A stretch of DNA of 64,000 bases from Leptospiraceae bacterium. GTDB lineage: Bacteria > Spirochaetota > Leptospiria > Leptospirales > Leptospiraceae. The notes beneath the pieces were generated by a model. That model searched no databases. It had not been told where the DNA came from and saw only the letters and a list, made by a program, of their open reading frames with translations. Below are positions 61,324 through 64,000 of this stretch, in pieces (the stretch's first letter is position 1; each line of letters begins with the position of its first letter). Position numbers and translations under genes: made by a program. The DNA is taken from positions 1 to 64,000 of the forward strand of contig JADJFV010000035.1 of assembly GCA_016708435.1 (NCBI GenBank). The letters are read 5' to 3'.

Positions 61324-62316
61324 TTGGTAAACGATAGAATACTCAATCCAGAAGATAAAAGCAGTGATGATTTATCTTTACGTCCTGATAATCTAACAGA
61401 TTTCATTGGTCAAAAGGATATTCTCGAAAACTTGCGCGTATTCATCGAAGCCGCCAAGAAAAGAGAAGCTTCTTTAGATCATGTATTGTTATCGGGACCT
61501 CCCGGACTCGGCAAAACAACATTAGCCGGTATCGTAGCAAAAGAAATTGGCTCTAATCTAACTGTAACATCAGCGCAAGTCATTTCCAAAGGAGCTGACC
61601 TAGCTCGGTTTCTTACAATGCTAAACGAAAAAGACATTCTATTCATTGATGAAATTCACAGTCTCAATCGAAATCTAGAAGAAATTCTTTATCCTGCAAT
61701 GGAAGACTACAAAATTGATCTAGTAGTAGGAGAAGGAATTACAGCGCAAACTGTGCAGATACCTCTAAAAAAATTTACACTTGTAGGAGCGACTACAAGA
61801 AGTGGAATGATTAGTGAGCCACTCAAGAATCGTTTTGGAATTCAATTTCGTTTAGAGTATTATTCGGATGAAGAGATGGCGCGTATCGTTTCTCGCTCAG
61901 CCAAGATTTTAAATATCCAGATTGATTCAAATGCTGCACTTGAGATTGGTAAGCGCAGTAGGAAAACTCCTCGGATTGCAAATCATTTACTCAAAAGAAT
62001 TCGTGATTTCGCAGAAGTGCAGAATAACGGGCGTATTACGCTAGAAGTCTGTAAAAGCTCTCTACAAAAATTAGGAATTGATCATCTAGGTCTGGACAAT
62101 ATGGATAGACAAATTCTAACTTGTATGATAGAAAGATACAAAGGCGGACCTGTTGGATTAAAAGCGATAGCCGTCATAGTAGGAGAAGAAGAAAGAACGA
62201 TTGAAGATTCCTATGAATCTTATCTCGTTCGTATTGGGCTAATACTGCGAACCCCCGCAGGTAGAATGGCAAGTGAGTTAGCCTATCAACATATGGGCTT
62301 GGAAGGAAAGAAAAAG
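61324..62316 (+). CDS. ruvB: Holliday junction branch-migration helicase RuvB (no stop codon; reads through into the next gene)
   Basis: [14 protein letters not shown] Walker A, DEIH Walker B, sensor/arginine finger regions and the winged-helix C-terminus. The frame continues without a stop into MNKEIF... at 62317. Confidence 0.9.
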
Positions 62317-63243
62317 ATGAACAAAGAAATCTTTTCTTTTGATTTAAACTCACTCGATGAGGATGAACGGCGTTTGCTGCTATCAGCAAGCCTTGTATTT
62401 TTCATGCTCTCTTTTTCTATTGCCCATTTATTTACAAAGAATATGCTCTGGCGTCTTCTCGGAACAGATAGTAATATTGTGGATATGAAGAAAGGCGGAG
62501 AGAATCAAAAAGTCTACGAAGTTCTACTCGAACAAGAATTTACAAACAAAACTAAAAAAGATGAAATCAAAGCTCTCTCGAATGAAGACTCCGCTGGATC
62601 AGGTGGGCTTACCGAAAAAGAAGGATTTCACACAAACTCTCCATTCTACGAATTTATCTATGGAGGAATGCCTAGCTCATCTCCTCAAATGACGCAAAAG
62701 GATTCTGAATCTAAAAAGACAGAAGACGAAATCTATGAAGTGGGAATCTTTCAAAACGATCCGATGATGAAAGTAACTCCACAAAAAACATCTGTATCCA
62801 ATCCGAACACAGGACAGGAAACCAAAATCCCTTTCAACTATCGTTTCCAAAAAGACTTTGAGTTTAGATGGGACGGTTCGAGTCAACTCTCTATTCCCCG
62901 CAAGAAAATGGCTGGTTATGAATACTTCAAGCATATGATAAAACAAATAGAAGAAGGATTTGCAGCACCGGGCGGAGGCAATATCGCCTATCGTGACCAG
63001 GCTGGATTTTTTATTCGAGAAGGAATTAGTCCGGGGGAAACAAAGGTTAGCTTCATGCTAAATGATGCAGGACAAGTAATCGATGTAAAGCAAGTCACTT
63101 CGCAGGGACAAGAAATTGTAGACCGCGCTTGCATGGATTCCCTCCGCGGACAAAACTTCGGTCCTGTTCCAGCAGAGGTAAAAGAACAGGGAATGATCTT
63201 TGGGATTAACTTCGTTTTCCCCGGTCATATCAGATACCGGTAA
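62317..63243 (+). CDS. Membrane-anchored protein with TonB C-terminal-like domain
   Basis: N-terminal TM helix [20 protein letters not shown]. The C-terminal ~80 aa ([45 protein letters not shown]) resemble the TonB_C fold. ATG lies in frame with ruvB. Confidence 0.6.
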   Translation: MNKEIFSFDLNSLDEDERRLLLSASLVFFMLSFSIAHLFTKNMLWRLLGTDSNIVDMKKGGENQKVYEVLLEQEFTNKTKKDEIKALSNEDSAGSGGLTEKEGFHTNSPFYEFIYGGMPSSSPQMTQKDSESKKTEDEIYEVGIFQNDPMMKVTPQKTSVSNPNTGQETKIPFNYRFQKDFEFRWDGSSQLSIPRKKMAGYEYFKHMIKQIEEGFAAPGGGNIAYRDQAGFFIREGISPGETKVSFMLNDAGQVIDVKQVTSQGQEIVDRACMDSLRGQNFGPVPAEVKEQGMIFGINFVFPGHIRYR

Positions 63244-63358
63244 ACACCTATTTTGCGCTACAATATATAGTTTGATTTAAAGATTATCACCGATGATCAC
63301 GGATGGAAGAATGTCCGGTCACTGAGTGCGTGTTTACTACGAAGATTAAGTTCGCAAT

Positions 63359-63387
63359 AAAGTCGCGTATCGAACGTGACTTTTTAC
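63359..63387 (+). terminator. Rho-independent terminator candidate after the tonB-like gene
   Basis: aagtcgcg-tatcgaa-cgtgactt hairpin followed by ttttt. Confidence 0.5.
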
Positions 63388-63460
63388 TAAAAAGCTATTA
63401 CCCCTGCCACCCTGATCTTTTAGTTACTTATCCCCTTTGTTTTACCACGCTTATCCCCTC

Positions 63461-63562
63461 GTTGCAGTTCATGTTGCGGTTCAAGTTGCAGTTTATCTTT
63501 AGTCATGGAATTTTGAGAGTATAGTTGAACTGATACATGAACTGCAAGATGGACTGCAACAT
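63461..63562. repeat. ~100-bp palindromic dispersed repeat element (copy 2, inverted relative to copy 1)
   Basis: gttgcagttcatgttgcggttcaagttgcagtttatctttagtcatggaattttgagagtatagttgaactgatacatgaactgcaagatggactgcaac. Its reverse complement aligns along the length of 11109..11207. Confidence 0.6.
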
Positions 63563-64000
63563 GGTGTTACCTAACCCCAGATTCTGCTGTTCTTGTGGAA
63601 TATTCAGAAGTATCCCCTTCCCTAATTCGCTTCGCAGGGCAGGGGGCTTTTTATATGCATGGGTTGAACTGACGCCCATGTGAAGAGTATTGCGCCCCGT
63701 TGGGGCTTCGTTAATTTGCACATCTTTTTAGTTTTCTGACCTATATAGAGTAGGAGCCAAACTACTTTGTATATTTGTTCAACCAATAAAAGTAAACCCG
63801 CTTATATTCCAGCCTTCGAAAGATGGAGTCTATACAAATCTATTTGGATGAATCACTGGGAAGAGTTTCGGAGAATTTATAACACAAGATTCTTGTCGAA
63901 GTATGGAGAACTTTCGGACGGGAAAATAGAAGAGGTGGAAAAGCTTTTAGGTTGCGGGAATTTTCAGAATGGGTTTCAGAGATATTCTTGTGAAGAATGC

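Noticed and set aside
63303-63721. Overlapping ORFs 63303..63524(+) and 63503..63721(-)
   Set aside because: Both sit on the palindromic repeat element. Their mirror-image overlap is produced by the inverted repeat, not by coding.

Overview
The window is AT-rich (roughly mid-30s % GC by eye) and looks like a Leptospira-like spirochete chromosome. I infer this from gene content: DUF1566/Lcl-type repeat lipoprotein remnants, many PAS/MASE1 hybrid histidine kinases, and several Che paralog sets. The organism call is not certain.

Layout along the window:
- 1-3.8 kb is a decayed region. It holds a repeat-containing DUF1566 surface-protein pseudogene, a pseudogene copy of an AAA-ATPase/PD-(D/E)XK gene whose intact paralog sits at 58.3-59.9 kb, and frameshifted trxA and acyl-CoA dehydrogenase genes.
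- Housekeeping genes follow: a type I-beta DAHP synthase, a rhomboid protease, and tmRNA (ssrA, minus strand) with a tandem partial copy of its own 3' end.
- Next comes a candidate modification-dependent restriction enzyme (EVE/PUA-like domain fused to HNH).
- 19.6-35.6 kb is a 16-kb cluster, all on the minus strand. It encodes two giant poly-HAMP chemoreceptors, CheW, CheA, CheB, an atypical HATPase protein, a CheY, a full-length bacterial homolog of the eukaryotic MAJOR VAULT PROTEIN, and a MASE1 hybrid kinase. I rank this cluster as the most interesting candidate system.
- The centre of the window carries HigBA and MazEF-like toxin-antitoxin pairs (the latter truncating a ubiE-like methyltransferase), a Uma2 endonuclease, and a DedA-flavoprotein fusion.
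- 47.4-58.1 kb is a second Che-like cluster: CheR-TPR, CheW-CheW, a Cache MCP, CheA-REC, CheB, a REC-adenylate cyclase output, and a class II photolyase gene immediately downstream.
- After the intact AAA-ATPase/PD-(D/E)XK gene come HtrA, then RuvB fused in frame to a TonB-C-like gene.

Other recurring features are a dispersed ~100-bp palindromic repeat present in two copies in opposite orientations, a short GC-rich repeat placed 8 nt after two stop codons, and several perfect palindromes.

Sequence-quality caveat: at least six gene disruptions (trxA, ACAD twice, HK-REC, cheA, ruvB) sit in short homopolymer (A/T) runs. This is the signature of indel sequencing errors rather than true pseudogenes.
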